Source: Octopus bimaculoides
Taxonomy: Eukaryota
DNA: 52,431 bases
Assembly (NCBI RefSeq): GCF_001194135.2
Contig: NC_069007.1
Span: forward strand, 11,439,899 to 11,492,329
Reading direction: 5' to 3'
The notes under the pieces are model-generated. The model saw only the letters and a list, made by a program, of their open reading frames with translations. It had not been told where the DNA came from and searched no databases. Of the stretch, positions 1 through 12,263 are shown one piece after another; within the stretch, counting starts at the first letter, position 1; the number at the start of each line of letters is the position of its first letter. The translations under genes and the position numbers were made by a program.

Positions 1-42
<42 letters not shown>

Positions 43-221
43 TACCAGTGGTGTTGAATAGCTGTAAAACCATTTGTTTCATCATCCTAAACACCTCAGA
101 TTACAGCTAGGTACATGCTTGAATCTCTGTTCCTGCAAAACCAACTTTGCAAACAAATGAGCCATAAAGGTACAGCAATAATACCACACTAGACATGGTT
201 GGCTATTACATAGATATACAC

Positions 222-279
<58 letters not shown>

Positions 280-1602
280 ATTATATATATATATATATGT
301 ATGTANNNNNNNNNNATATGTGTGTGTGTGTGTGTGTGTGTGTATTATATATATATATATGTATATATGTATGTATGTATACATGTATGTATATGTGTAT
401 ATAATCAAAGTTCCTGGTAAGGTACAAAGTTTGGGTATTTCTACTGATTTCCTTTGAAGCACTTAACCCAAGTACTGGGCAATCAATACTATCAGATTCC
501 AGACCAATACCAAAATTCTTCAAGTGTAGAAGATCCTGGTTTCACAATGGTTAAACTGTTGAATGAATTTATTGAAGAGTAAAATATAATCCAAACAATA
601 AAACAAAGAAATGATTTAACCCATCTTTATTGTTCAGTTACAATTGTTTCTGTACCAACTCTGCTGACAATGTCAGTTTGCACAAAAATTCAAAGTGAAA
701 ATTTATGTGATATTTCCAGTTTTAGACATTAGAGTGGTACTTCAAAAGACTTGCATCAAAGGTGTGCTCTTATATTGTTTATCTTCCAGACATGGTTTTT
801 TGATTATATTGAGAGGAAACAAAAAGTAAATAAGGTTATGGTTAAGGGATGAATAATTAGTACAGAGAGCACGTGAGAGTTGTATTATACATATACTATA
901 TACACTGCATATATTTAGGTAGTTTATGATGTATTAGATAACATCCTCCAAAAAATAACAATGAAGTGGGATTTATCTTTTCATTAGAGAAAGGAAACAA
1001 AATCCTAGCAGCAATTGTTAAGAAATTTTAAGGATCAGATAGTTTCTGGAAATTAAGAAACAATTCAACTAAAAATTTAATTTTCATGCTTGAGGAAAAA
1101 ATATTTTGATTTTTGATTACAGGCAAGTGACAGCAATGGACTTATATATTTGGTCTTATATATATTATAAATGTTTCATTTCTGATGTCTCATATTGTAG
1201 AAGATATAATTGTTATCTGTTTGGTCCAGTCATGTGTTTAAGCATTTTCTTATCATATTTTTGCTGAAATACAGTTTTTGCTTCAATTAAGAATTTATGA
1301 AGACTTTAGTTACATTATTTTGCTTTTAATTTATGTTCCAAACACCAGCATAACAAATAAGACATTTTAATGGAAGGTTGTTTTAATTCACTTTAAAAGA
1401 AGGAACTCATAACATAGATCCAAGTGGTCTCAGTCAGGCAGTTTGGTAAGAAAAGATTTAAAAGGTGATATGCTATATATCATACTTAATAATGATTGGT
1501 ATTGCATATATCATGACTTCTGGCATGTGAGACTGTATTGTATATAGTTGAATGTTATGTATATAGGTAAAATGGTGTGTGTGTGTGTATATATATATAT
1601 GT

Positions 1603-1880
1603 TGTTGGTACTCCGTTGCTTACGACATCAAGGGTTCCAGTTGATCCGATCAACGGAACAGCCTGCTCGTGACATTAACGTGCAAGTGGCTGAGCATTCC
1701 ACAGACATGTGTAACCTTAACGTAGTTCTCGGGGATATTCAGCGTGACACAGTGTGACAAGGCTGGCCCTTTGAAACACAGGTACAACAGAAAGAGGAAG
1801 TAAGAGTGAGAGAAAGTTGTGGTGAAAGAGTACAGCAGGGTTCGCCACCATCCCCTGCTGGAGCCTCATGGAGCTTTTAG
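1603..1880 (-). mobile_element. SINE family C, 3' part (runs into gap)
   Basis: Reverse complement matches the body of the tRNA-headed copy at 38908-39245 (ctaaagc..cacgaggctccag...gctcagccacttg..cgttaat...gagcaggctgttcc). Confidence 0.8.
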
Positions 1881-2397
1881 NNNNNNNNNNNNNNNNNNNN
1901 NNNNNNNNNNNNNNNNNNNNNNNNNNNNNNNNNNNNNNNNNNNNNNNNNNNNNNNNNNNNNNNNNNNNNNNNNNNNNNNNNNNNNNNNNNNNNNNNNNNN
2001 NNNNNNNNNNNNNNNNNNNNNNNNNNNNNNNNNNNNNNNNNNNNNNNNNNNNNNNNNNNNNNNNNNNNNNNNNNNNNNNNNNNNNNNNNNNNNNNNNNNN
2101 NNNNNNNNNNNNNNNNNNNNNNNNNNNNNNNNNNNNNNNNNNNNNNNNNNNNNNNNNNNNNNNNNNNNNNNNNNNNNNNNNNNNNNNNNNNNNNNNNNNN
2201 NNNNNNNNNNNNNNNNNNNNNNNNNNNNNNNNNNNNNNNNNNNNNNNNNNNNNNNNNNNNNNNNNNNNNNNNNNNNNNNNNNNNNNNNNNNNNNNNNNNN
2301 NNNNNNNNNNNNNNNNNNNNNNNNNNNNNNNNNNNNNNNNNNNNNNNNNNNNNNNNNNNNNNNNNNNNNNNNNNNNNNNNNNNNNNNTATATATATA

Positions 2398-2574
2398 AAA
2401 AATAAGCGACACGGATTTCAAAGGTGATTGCAGTACGCACGTTTCATGCTACTTCAATTTATTTAAGTAATGCGAGCATTACCTTAACCTTAACCTTCGC
2501 AGTACTTAAATAAATTGAAGTAGCATGAAACGTGCGTACTGCAATCACCTTTGAAATCTGTGTTGCTTATTTTT
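2398..2574. repeat. Near-perfect palindrome / foldback (MITE-like)
   Basis: 72-bp arms 2398-2469 and 2503-2574 are reverse complements with 2 mismatches; inner tgcga/tcgca pair; loop contains ccttaaccttaacc. Confidence 0.9.
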
Positions 2575-3868
2575 GGATTTTAATCACCTATCCTTTTGGG
2601 ATGCGATATTCGGGTGCCTATGCATAAGTACCATATTCAAGACTATTTATTTTGTTGTGATTAAGTTTCTCTCAAAGGCTGTTGACCTTGACATCACGAA
2701 TGTTTCTCTTCAAATTCAATTTCCCTTGTGCAGATGTTCTGAGACGGGTGGAAAATAAGAAGGTGTAGGGGTTAATGTAGAGCCTGAAAGACAAGAGGAT
2801 ACAATTATGAACTGACACACAAACATCTCTGGGTGCTTTCTCACTTTTATTCTTCAGACCCTTCAGAGGTCTGAGGCATAAAAGAGAAATATTAATTGTG
2901 TCAAATAACATTAATCATGGCAAACAAAATCATATTTAACAAAATCTAGCTTTTCACTGTTTAGACAAAGACACATTGTTTATACTCAGAGTGTCTCTCC
3001 TTATACACATATTTCCCCTCTCTTATACACATATTTCCCCACTCTTATACTCTGATATCCTCCTCACATACTCTCAGTATTCTTCTTTTATACCCTTTCT
3101 TTGCTTTAAGTAGGTAAATTAGTTATTTTGTGCTATTTTCTATTTTGAAAATTCATCAATATGTTTAGATTTTTTCTAATCACCTCCATCTCTCTTCTCT
3201 CTCTGTTTTCTTTAATTATATTTTAATCATTTTTTAAACTAAAACTTTTAATGACCTAATTTCCAATTAGTCACATTAATGGTGTTTCAATTTGAAATAG
3301 TTTTTATCACAATCAACTATCGACGAACACTTCAGATTGTTTGTTGTTGTTGTTTTTAATGATGATGATGATGATAATATTGTCATTAATGATGTCTTTG
3401 TTGTTATTTTAAATAAATTTATTTCTCATTTTTATGAGATTTAGAATGTGAATAATCATAATTTTATTTATTTATTTAATATTTGTAGTTCAATACATCG
3501 TATAAACCAATAAGCCCTGATTAAGTTCGCTTTGCAACCACAAGGTGCTAAGTTCAATCTCACTGTGGTGTACTTTGCCCAGGGTCTTCCTCTGGAGCCT
3601 CAAATCAGCACTAGCCAATAGAAGCTGTGTAGAATCTCATCAAATGTATTATACTTGTAATTCAAATTGATTGTACTTTGTCACACTGACTCTGCTTGTG
3701 GATTATGTTTATGGTACAAGTGTGTCTGGGATATTCAGCCATTGATGTGTTAATTTAATAGGCAGGTATTCCAGATGAAAATATGAATGAAAACTCCTGC
3801 TGGAAAATTCCAAAATTCATTTCTGTTTGTAGAACCAATACAAACAATTCAAGACCAAGAAATTAAGC

Positions 3869-4262
3869 AAAATATCCGATTAGTGGAAATTGTTGCCAGA
3901 ATAATGTAATCTATAAATGTAGCATACAAATCTATAATGGCCAAAGGAGAATATATATTGGTAGCTCAATGGACTTCAAGCAAAGGTATAGAAGCCACCT
4001 TAGTTCTTTTAAGAATCCAAAATTTAGGACATCCACCACTTTAGCATCGTTTATAAACGACCTTAAAGAAAGAAGTGTAGAGTTCAAATTATCTTGGCCC
4101 CTCCATTTAGAATTGGATCCACTAAATGTGGATTATGCATCCGGGAGGCATACTTTATTTTGAAGAATTATAATCATGCCATGTTGAATAAATTTACTGA
4201 TGCAATTCCGGCTTGTACACATAAGATCAACTCGACGTTTTTGAGGAAGTTTAAAAATAAAA
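3869..4262 (+). pseudogene. Penelope-like element GIY-YIG endonuclease remnant
   Basis: Translation PISGNCCQNNVIYKCSIQIYNGQRRIYIGSSMDFKQRYRSHLSSFKN...LASFINDLKE..FKLSW, then a frameshift to APPFRIGSTKCGLCIREAYFIL...MLNKFTDAIPACTH. The VIY...YIG dyad, R..H helix and CxxC/CxH residues fit PLE endonucleases. Confidence 0.85.
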
Positions 4263-5470
4263 ATAAGAATAAGAGTAGTAATAATGAAAAGTTGTAATAT
4301 GAATTCAAAGTAAGGATAATAATAATAATTTAAAATCTAAAATTTAAAATTTGTAATATAAAATTTAAAATATAATTGAAAATAATACTATAATTAAAGA
4401 AGTAAATACTAGTAGGTATTAAATTACGTGGCAAGGATGTAATTGGTATGATTTGATCTAGGATGGCTAGTTTTGCATAAGCATGGGAATGTAATTAAAT
4501 ATACAATAAAAATGCAATAAAAATACTATAATGGACTGGTCTGAATGAGACTTTGCACAGGCCTTTAACTGGATATACTGGTTTATCCTAATGGGTTGAT
4601 ATTCATAACTATTGTATAAAGGGAATAACTATAATGTCAAAGATTTTTCGAATTGGCTAGAACATAATTATTTGAGTTATCCTTTTATGTATTGTCTTCA
4701 TGGTGTCTTTCGTGTCATGGAGCATCCTGATGAGGGGAGTGTCTGGTTTCGTTAAAATATGAAATTTATGTCATATTAACTGACACGTCTCCAAAAAAGC
4801 TCGTAGATGAAACTAGTGAATCCATTGAACATTGTAATTTGAGTATGTCCGTTTAATGCTTTAAAATGTCTCACTTTACACTTTCCACTTGCATTGTGTT
4901 GTAACTTGAAATCTTTAGTCCTTATATCATATCCTATGAACTTATAATTAACTATCCTATATCATATCGACGTCTTCTATTTTAAAATGCCTATGTATTT
5001 ATGTTTTTAAATATTTTTAAATATCTACGTGTTTTTAAATATTTTATATGCTTGTGTTTTAACCTGTAAATTTTATTCTTTTATGATATACCATGTGAAT
5101 TTATAATTCACTATGTCTTATATAATATCGACGTTTTTATATCTAATTATGTGTATATTTATGTGTTTATATTATTTATATATTTTTAAAAACGCCTATG
5201 TATTTATAAATGTTTTAAAATATTTTTGGATATTTGCGGTCTTATAAAAATATGTATATGTCTCTATGCTTATATTGTTATTAATACTTCTATTAAGTTG
5301 AGCTTTATGCCACTTTATTAATGTCGAAGTAAGTGCGCATATATATTGACTATTCTGCTGGATAATAGGTCATGTTCCTGTAGTCTTCCGCTCGTATTGC
5401 CTCCACTCAAATTATTAATTGGAACTTAGCTCAATTTGAGCACTTCGATTCTAGCCTGGTTACGAGCATT
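4263..5470 (+). mobile_element. AT-rich 3' region / pseudo-LTR of the Penelope-like element
   Basis: Follows the GIY-YIG stop, contains a decayed hammerhead motif (4723-4809) and degenerate AT-rich internal repeats; right boundary uncertain. Confidence 0.5.
4723..4809 (+). ncRNA. Decayed type I hammerhead ribozyme motif
   Basis: catc-CTGATGA-g, stem II ggag/gtgtc...gacac/ctcc, AAAA in place of GAAA, aagctc-GTA-gatg; stem I catc/gatg. Confidence 0.45.
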
Positions 5471-5525
5471 GTTAATTAATAACAATCTCTATAAAATAGT
5501 ACAATATATATATATATATATACAA

Positions 5526-5686
5526 CAGGCTTCTTTCAGTTTCCATCCACCAAATCCTCTCACAAGGTTTTGGTCTGCCTGAGGCTATAGTAGAAGGCAC
5601 TTTCCCAAGGTGCCACATTGTGGGACTGAGCCCAGAACCATGTGGTTGGGAAGCAAGCACTTTACCACAGTGCCACATCTGTGCCT
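5526..5686 (-). mobile_element. SINE family A, tRNA-derived head
   Basis: RC reads gtggtaaagtgcttgcttcccaaccacatggttctgggctcagtccc...ggcaccttgggaaagtg...gaaactgaaagaagcc (A/B-box-like head, family body). Confidence 0.85.
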
Positions 5687-5944
5687 ATGTATATAAACAT
5701 TATGAACTACATATACTCAATGTACACGACCAAAGTATTTGCCTGTAGGCTGCGGACTGGTGTGGTGGAGAATACTCTCTCAAAGCATCAGGTATTAAAA
5801 CAGCTGAAAATCATGGGTAGGGAAGATGACTCACCTCCATTCTCATTTAGAAGTGAGGGACATTGATGTTTTGCCATTTCTGTGGCTTATGAACATCATC
5901 TACCCAAAGCGGATCAGAAATGCATCATTTTCTCAGTCCACGGC

Positions 5945-6415
5945 TTATATGCATATCATTTACAATGGACGGATAGATGTCCTCACCTTGTTTTGTTGTT
6001 ACCGTAATATTTCGGCTGATATACTCTTCACCCTACATCAGGTGTTCCGTTGGAATTTTGTACCCAACCCTTTATTTGACTAACAGGGTACTCTGTTCTC
6101 ATTCCTAAGGTACTCTTTTTTTTTTAATCATTTTTATTTTTTCCCAAGCCCCTGCCTGGGTATATAGCACAGTAGATAAGAGCGCAGGCTTACTAACCCT
6201 TTAATTCTGAGTTCAATTCCTGGCAAGGACTTGGGAAATAATATCAACAAAAAATAACATCAGCAAAAAGAAATACCTTAGGAATGAACACAGAGTACCC
6301 CATTAGTCAAATAAAGGGTTGGCTTCAAAATTCCACCTGATGAAGGCTGGAGAGTACATCAGCTGAAATGTTGTGGTGAGGACACCTACCTGTCCATTGT
6401 AAATAATGCACATAA
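5945..6415 (+). mobile_element. Foldback element: tRNA-like head flanked by inverted hammerhead-bearing arms
   Basis: 5945-6115 is the reverse complement of about 6270-6415; 6141-6156 pairs with 6222-6237 (14/16); A box TAGCACAGTAG at 6165-6175 and B box GAGTTCAATTCC at 6209-6220. Confidence 0.8.
6333..6376 (+). ncRNA. Minimal type I hammerhead ribozyme motif
   Basis: ccac-CTGATGA-a-ggctg(gagagtacat)cagct-GAAA-tGTT-gtgg: stem I ccac/gtgg, stem II ggctg/cagct, near-palindromic aatgtt stem III, GUU cleavage triplet. Confidence 0.7.
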
Positions 6416-6504
6416 TTCCTCATCCCTAAAATATAGAATAATATAACTTATATGCATATATCATGCAAATTATGTGCAGGTATGCCCAGTCAATACATAC
6501 ATCA

Positions 6505-6905
6505 TCATCATTATCATCATTTAATGCCTGTTGTCCATGCTGGTATGAGTTGGACAGTTTGACTAGGCTGCACAAGATTCCAGTCTGATTTGGTATGGTT
6601 TTCTACAGCTAGATGCCCTTCCTAATGCCAACCACTCAAAGTGTGTAATGGAAGCCTGTACGTTCCACCGGCATGGGTGCCATTTGTGTGACGCCAGGGT
6701 GATTTTATATGCCACCAGTACAGCTGCCATCCGTGTGATGCCAGTGTCTGCAATGACTGCAATTTTGCTTGGTTTGATGGGTCTTCTTTTCAAGCACGAC
6801 ATAATGCCAAAGGTCTCATCAGTCATTGCCTCTGTGAGGTCCAGCACTTGAAAAGAACTCAGCCACTTTGTCTCCAGCCCTTCCTAACATGCCGACCACT
6901 TCACA
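6505..6905 (-). mobile_element. SINE-like family D with RTE-type 3' tail and embedded RTE ORF2 C-terminal fragment
   Basis: RC contains ggcattaggaagggcatctagctgtagaaa and ends in a (gat)n tail; RC of 6780-6850 encodes LDLTEAMTDETF, resembling RTE ORF2 C-termini. Confidence 0.65.
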
Positions 6906-7598
6906 GAGTGTGCTGGATGCTGTTATGTGTCAATGTACGAGCACTTCTATGTGAAGCTGTATGAATGCTTTATGATGCTGTATGACTATGTGATGCCCCA
7001 CAAGCCCTTTTATGTGGGACCGCATAGGTGCTTTTACATGGTACCACACAGGTGCTTTTATGTGGCATCGCCATGGGTGCTTTACACAACCAGACAGATC
7101 GGTCATAACACTTCTGCTGCGGGGTACTGATCTTATTGAGTGCAGCCAGGCATCAGGTGTCTCGGCCCTTTGACAGGAATAGATTTGAATATGAGATAGA
7201 AGCAGTGCTAATGTACAAAACATTATCGACCACACATACATAACATATAAGCATTGTGGATTTACCAGTATGCTGTGATTTGGCATGTTGGGAGGTACTC
7301 GCACAAAGTGCTGGGTGTTAAAACACCTGAAAGTCATGCATGAATAAGATAACACACCTCTAATATATACACATATTATATGAAGTATATTTGTATGCAC
7401 ACACATGTATATGTGTATGTACATGTGGGTGTGTCTGTGTGTAATTATCATTGTGCTGAGATAAGCACGGATTATATTGTGACCATGCTTGACCAGCTGA
7501 CCAATAACTTTAATGGATTGAATAAATATATATCAGGTTTTGCATTCTTCCAACACAAAGTTTGAGTGCGGTCTTTCTGATCTTCTACCATAATTTAA

Positions 7599-7646
<48 letters not shown>

Positions 7647-8535
7647 CACACACACACACACACACACACACGTTTATTCTCGTGTGTATATATATGTATG
7701 TACGTATGTATATATATATATATATACACACACATACACACACGCACACTTTTATTCACACAAACACATATACACACAGATATCTATATTTACACATGCA
7801 TATATTTGGGTGTGGGGGCTTGTGTATATGTAAGTGTGTGTGTGTGTGTGTGTGTGTGTATAGACTAATAGACAGATATGTAGCCAAATAGATAGGCAGA
7901 CAGATAAATAGATAGATAGATGGATTGATATAGGGTGAAAGCATGTGCTCACTTTCTCAACCAATATGCCATATCGGAAATCATGGGAAGTTATAATATC
8001 AGATTAACTGTAAATTGATAGCCATTATTAGGACTAAATAAAATATCTGCATCTTGCTGCCTGTCCATCTTTCTCTCACCCTATACATCTTTGTTAGCAT
8101 GTGTATATTACATATATATATATGCACACACATGCAAAGATACATACATTCATACTTACATACATATGTACACACACACACACATATATTTATATATACC
8201 TACTGTATGTCTGTGACATAACTTGCAATGGATGTTATTCTATATGTAGAAATCTCTGTCTTTTACGTCTGGCATCTCCCAAATTGATTTTGACACAATG
8301 TATTTCAATAAAATTGGACTTGTAACTAACAAGTTATATCTATTTTGGTCTGACATTCCTCAAACTAATCTTGACAAAACAAATTCCAGTGTAGAATGGT
8401 GGCTTTGAATATCAAACTGCTTCTCATTTAGCTTTCGTATTCTGTGTAATTGACCATTACTTAATAAATTCTGATTGAAATTCGAATTGAACCACACAAC
8501 TAACCATATTTTTGCTTGTTATTTTCCAAACTGAC

Positions 8536-8682
8536 CTTGGCTCTCCGATATATTGTAGTGAAAGTTGTGAAATATATACCAAACCAAACTGGAAATAAAA
8601 ACCTTTTAATGGAAGTGGAGATGTAACTAGGTCTGACCTTTGTGTACACCATTCCAATAAAAACACAGCTGTAGCCATTAAA
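8536..8682 (-). CDS. Candidate internal exon (unidentified, hydrophobic)
   Basis: 147-bp phase 0-0 open frame FNGYSCVFIGMVYTKVRPSYISTSIKRFLFPVWFGIYFTTFTTIYRRAK in unique sequence; good donor AAG|gtcagt, weak acceptor attaagatcag; no partner exon found. Confidence 0.2.
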
Positions 8683-8883
8683 CTGATCTTAATGTAAAAC
8701 ATTTCAATGGATGAATAGGATCATGACCATCTCGTTGACCTCGATGCAAATGGTTTCATTGAAAGTAGAGCATTGGTCAGTGTTACATACACACATTTTA
8801 ATGACACAGAATGTATAATAACTATGTGGGAATAATAATTATATTGGAGATATAATTACACAAAATAAATTTCACTGAATGAG

Positions 8884-9098
8884 TTAATCCATTAGCATTC
8901 AGATTACTATGTCAAACCTGATGCTTCTTTATTCACATTGTTTTGAATTAATCATGGATTATCTCAAAGCTTTGAGATTTTGATGATGTGATTGTATATT
9001 TTTAGGGTAGACGTGAGGGCCTGGGTCTGGTCAGTCTGAACATAAAGCAGATGGAATATTTTCGCCGGATATGGTCAGTTCAAATGCTAAGGAGTTAA
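8884..9098. mobile_element. piggyBac-like MITE
   Basis: TTAA at both ends (8884-8887, 9095-9098) with imperfect TIRs tccattagcattc / ctccttagcattt (RC). Confidence 0.55.
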
Positions 9099-10789
9099 AC
9101 AGTGGTTCCAGTTTTAGTTTGTTACATTCCCAAATAATCCTGACACCCTATATTTCAACAACAGTTAATTTCAAATGCTTTCTTTTACTTTTGAGATTCA
9201 CTGTTGACCAACCGAACTTGAAATATTATACCTTTATGAATGCTGTGCCATATCTACCAAACTACAGCCATTTTGTCTGCTATCTCTCAGGCTAACTTTA
9301 CAATATATTTATTTCATTGACAGTGAAGCTATAAATACTAAACTGGCCATATTTTAGTGCTTGTGAACACAGCCTGTTTTCAGCCTTTTTTTTCCTTTCC
9401 TTTCTTGATCTCCACCATATTTTTAGTGTATGTGTCCTGTTAGTGTGTTGGATGCACTCATATATTGGATTCCAATGTAGATTTATGACTAATTTCAGCA
9501 TTAGTGCTGTTTGTCTTTGACTTTTACCATCCTTCCTTCCATTTTTTTTCTTCCTTTGAAATGAAGACAATAAATCTGAATATATTACTTATAATGAATT
9601 ATCTGTGTGTTAGTCATCGCCAGTGAAGCACACAATCATACAGAAATGTGCTTATTGATAGAGAAACAGAAGAAAATAGAAAACATTAAATATTAGATTT
9701 AGATTTAACTGTGTGAAATTAATGTTTTGAGAAAAATAAAATATATTATTTTTTCCACTTCTTTCTTTGTTTTATTCAAAAATAACGAGATAAAAAAATG
9801 GAACCATCCACTCACCATATCAATCTTAGGGCCCATAATTTAGTTTGTTTCACAGAACAACATTGTTCTCCAAACTATCAAGTTATTTTCTCTGTTACTT
9901 CTCAAATTTGAGACTATATTTCATTGAGAGGACAGCTATAAATATGAAGTGGATCCTATTTCAGTTTATTAAAGCATTGTTGTTCATTTGGCAACAAATC
10001 TCAAAGACATATGGCCAAGAATTCCCACTTCTTACTCTGTCTGCTCCCCAATAAAGCCTTCCCGTCACACATTTCATTGTGAAAACCCAACACAATTTAT
10101 TTTCTTTTCTATTTTCACCATCACGTTAGAGTATCTCATAATATTTTCTCTCTTTTTCTCTCAGTGTTAACATAACTCTCTCTCTCTCTATTATGATGTT
10201 TGTTATTCTCTTTCTCTCTTTTTCTGTGAAGCCCTTTCAATTGCCTTTCGTTCTCTTCTGCTGCTGCCATGAAAAACAAATAAATAGATAAAACGATTTT
10301 TCTTATTTAACTCTGAAAAAAAATAACGAAATGAAACAAAGCAACAACTCAAAACAAACATTTGTAAGGAAAACTATATCAGCTGAATGGAGGTGGTGTT
10401 ATAGTAGGGATGAGAGAAAGAAAGAAAGAGAGAGGGAGAGAGTGAAGGTGTGTGTGTGTATGAATATGTGGGTCATGTCTTGGTTGATTAACACATCAGA
10501 TGAAATTAGGTATGGTGTGAAAAAAAATACATTCACACACACATGTATGCAAGCACACATATGCACATACATAAAACTACATAAATTTGTACGTGTATGT
10601 GTGTGGTAGAAGTTTCTCTGTGCATATGTGTAAATGATTTTGTGTATGTGTGTGTAAATGCCATGACGATTTCTTTTTTAAAAGTGCATATCCTGCTGCA
10701 ATGAGATTTGAAGATTATGCCTTACTTCTCTAAATAACCACCGCCACCACCACTACGTTTACTACTACTAGCCCCCCCCACACACACAC

Positions 10790-11480
10790 CTAACCACTAT
10801 GTCATAGTGACAGCATTCCACAAGAACTGTGACATATCGGATTTGTGTTTCATTTCTCCAGGTCAATGACATTAGTATTAAGCAATCGTGGATGAATGGA
10901 TAACTCCAACTAAATAGTCCGACAATCGCAGCAGCTACCTGCTTTTGCATAGTGCCAGATGGAGGGACTAAGCTTCTAACAAATGTAACAGAGAAATGTG
11001 TCAACCAATTTCTGAGTCAATAGGGGGAGCATGATCAGTGCTGTTGTCTGACTTGCTAAAAATAGTAGCCAAATCTCTCTTAAATCACACCTCAACATCT
11101 GATAAAATGAAGGGCCAGGTACATTCAATATCACACAACTATCCTTGCTTCTGGGTCCTATCCCAGCTTCTTGGTACTTTGGGTGAGTATTTCTTTCCTC
11201 ATTTACGATAGCTTCATATTGACTAATACTTTGGGAAAGAAATCGCATAAAAAAAACTCAATCCACCACCTGCTTTAATACCACCACCAGGCACCTTGAG
11301 TGCCTTTAGCAAAGGGTAACTCTCTTGCAAGCAATTAGACCAAGTTTCCAGTTTAAAGAAACCTTCTTCCCTCCCACTTGCCACTCCCAGAGGCCATGTA
11401 ACTGGCCAACGAAAATCCCCACCCCAGCTACAAAGACGTCCATAAGTAGGTCTGTTGATATCCACTTACTACCACATTAC
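10790..11480 (-). pseudogene. Highly decayed LINE APE-endonuclease-like remnant (RTE-like)
   Basis: Minus frames give LQE...GGGLSFFYAI, LHLALC, CH*PGEMKHKSDM in the order expected for APE motifs; many stops. Confidence 0.3.
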
Positions 11481-12263
11481 ACATTACACATTAGGGATGT
11501 TGCTGGATGATGGTTCCAGTCATATATCAGTGGTTTTATTGAGAAGTGGTTGTTGGTCTCTTCTTCAGCAGACAATCGCTGCAGAGAACATGTGACTCCT
11601 GCTCTATCACCAGATACTGATGAAGAAAGTCATTCAACTGGAAAAGGGGAGCCAATTATGTTATGTCAGAATTCATGTGAATAGCTGTCATTACAGCATA
11701 GGGAAGAGGTGGGTGGTCGCAGTAGTCGTGGTGGCAATGGTGGTGACAGGAGTGGTGGCAGTGGAAGTGGTGTCATATATATATATATATATATATATCC
11801 AAAGTTTTTAATTTTTAAATTTAAGAGAGAGATTTGACGCTAATATATTGGTAACGATTACATAGTTTTCTATGAAAAATTTTATATATATATATATATA
11901 TANNNNNNNNNNNNNNNNNNNNNNNNNNNNNNNNNNNNNNNNNNNNNNNNNNNNNNNNNNNNNNNNNNNNNNNNNNNNNNNNNNNNNNNNNNNNNNNNNN
12001 NNNNNNNNNNNNNNNNNNNNNNNNNNNNNNNNNNNNNACATACATAAAATATATGATTTAGAGAAAAAAACCACAATTATTTAATTCATTCATGAAAATC
12101 CACAATCTCATATAGAAAAATTTTATAAGTAAATACACTAAAAAGACCTATAATAAAAATCAAAAAAGTACAAAGTAATAAATATTAAAATAGTAAAAAT
12201 GACTACACGTGAATTTTTTCCCTAATATCATCATATATTACATATATATATATTTTATTGTTT

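Noticed and set aside
2815-2880. Minus-strand gggt-CTGAAGA...GAAA-gc-accc and adjacent tcagacc/ggtctga hairpin
   Set aside because: No stem II, stem III or UH triplet.
6157-6230. Functional tRNA gene
   Set aside because: The acceptor, anticodon and T stems are imperfect and there is no oligo-T terminator; treated as a tRNA-derived head.
10135-10271. Minus-strand MAAAEENERQLKGLHR... short ORF
   Set aside because: It runs into GA-rich low complexity and stops after about 44 codons with no good donor.
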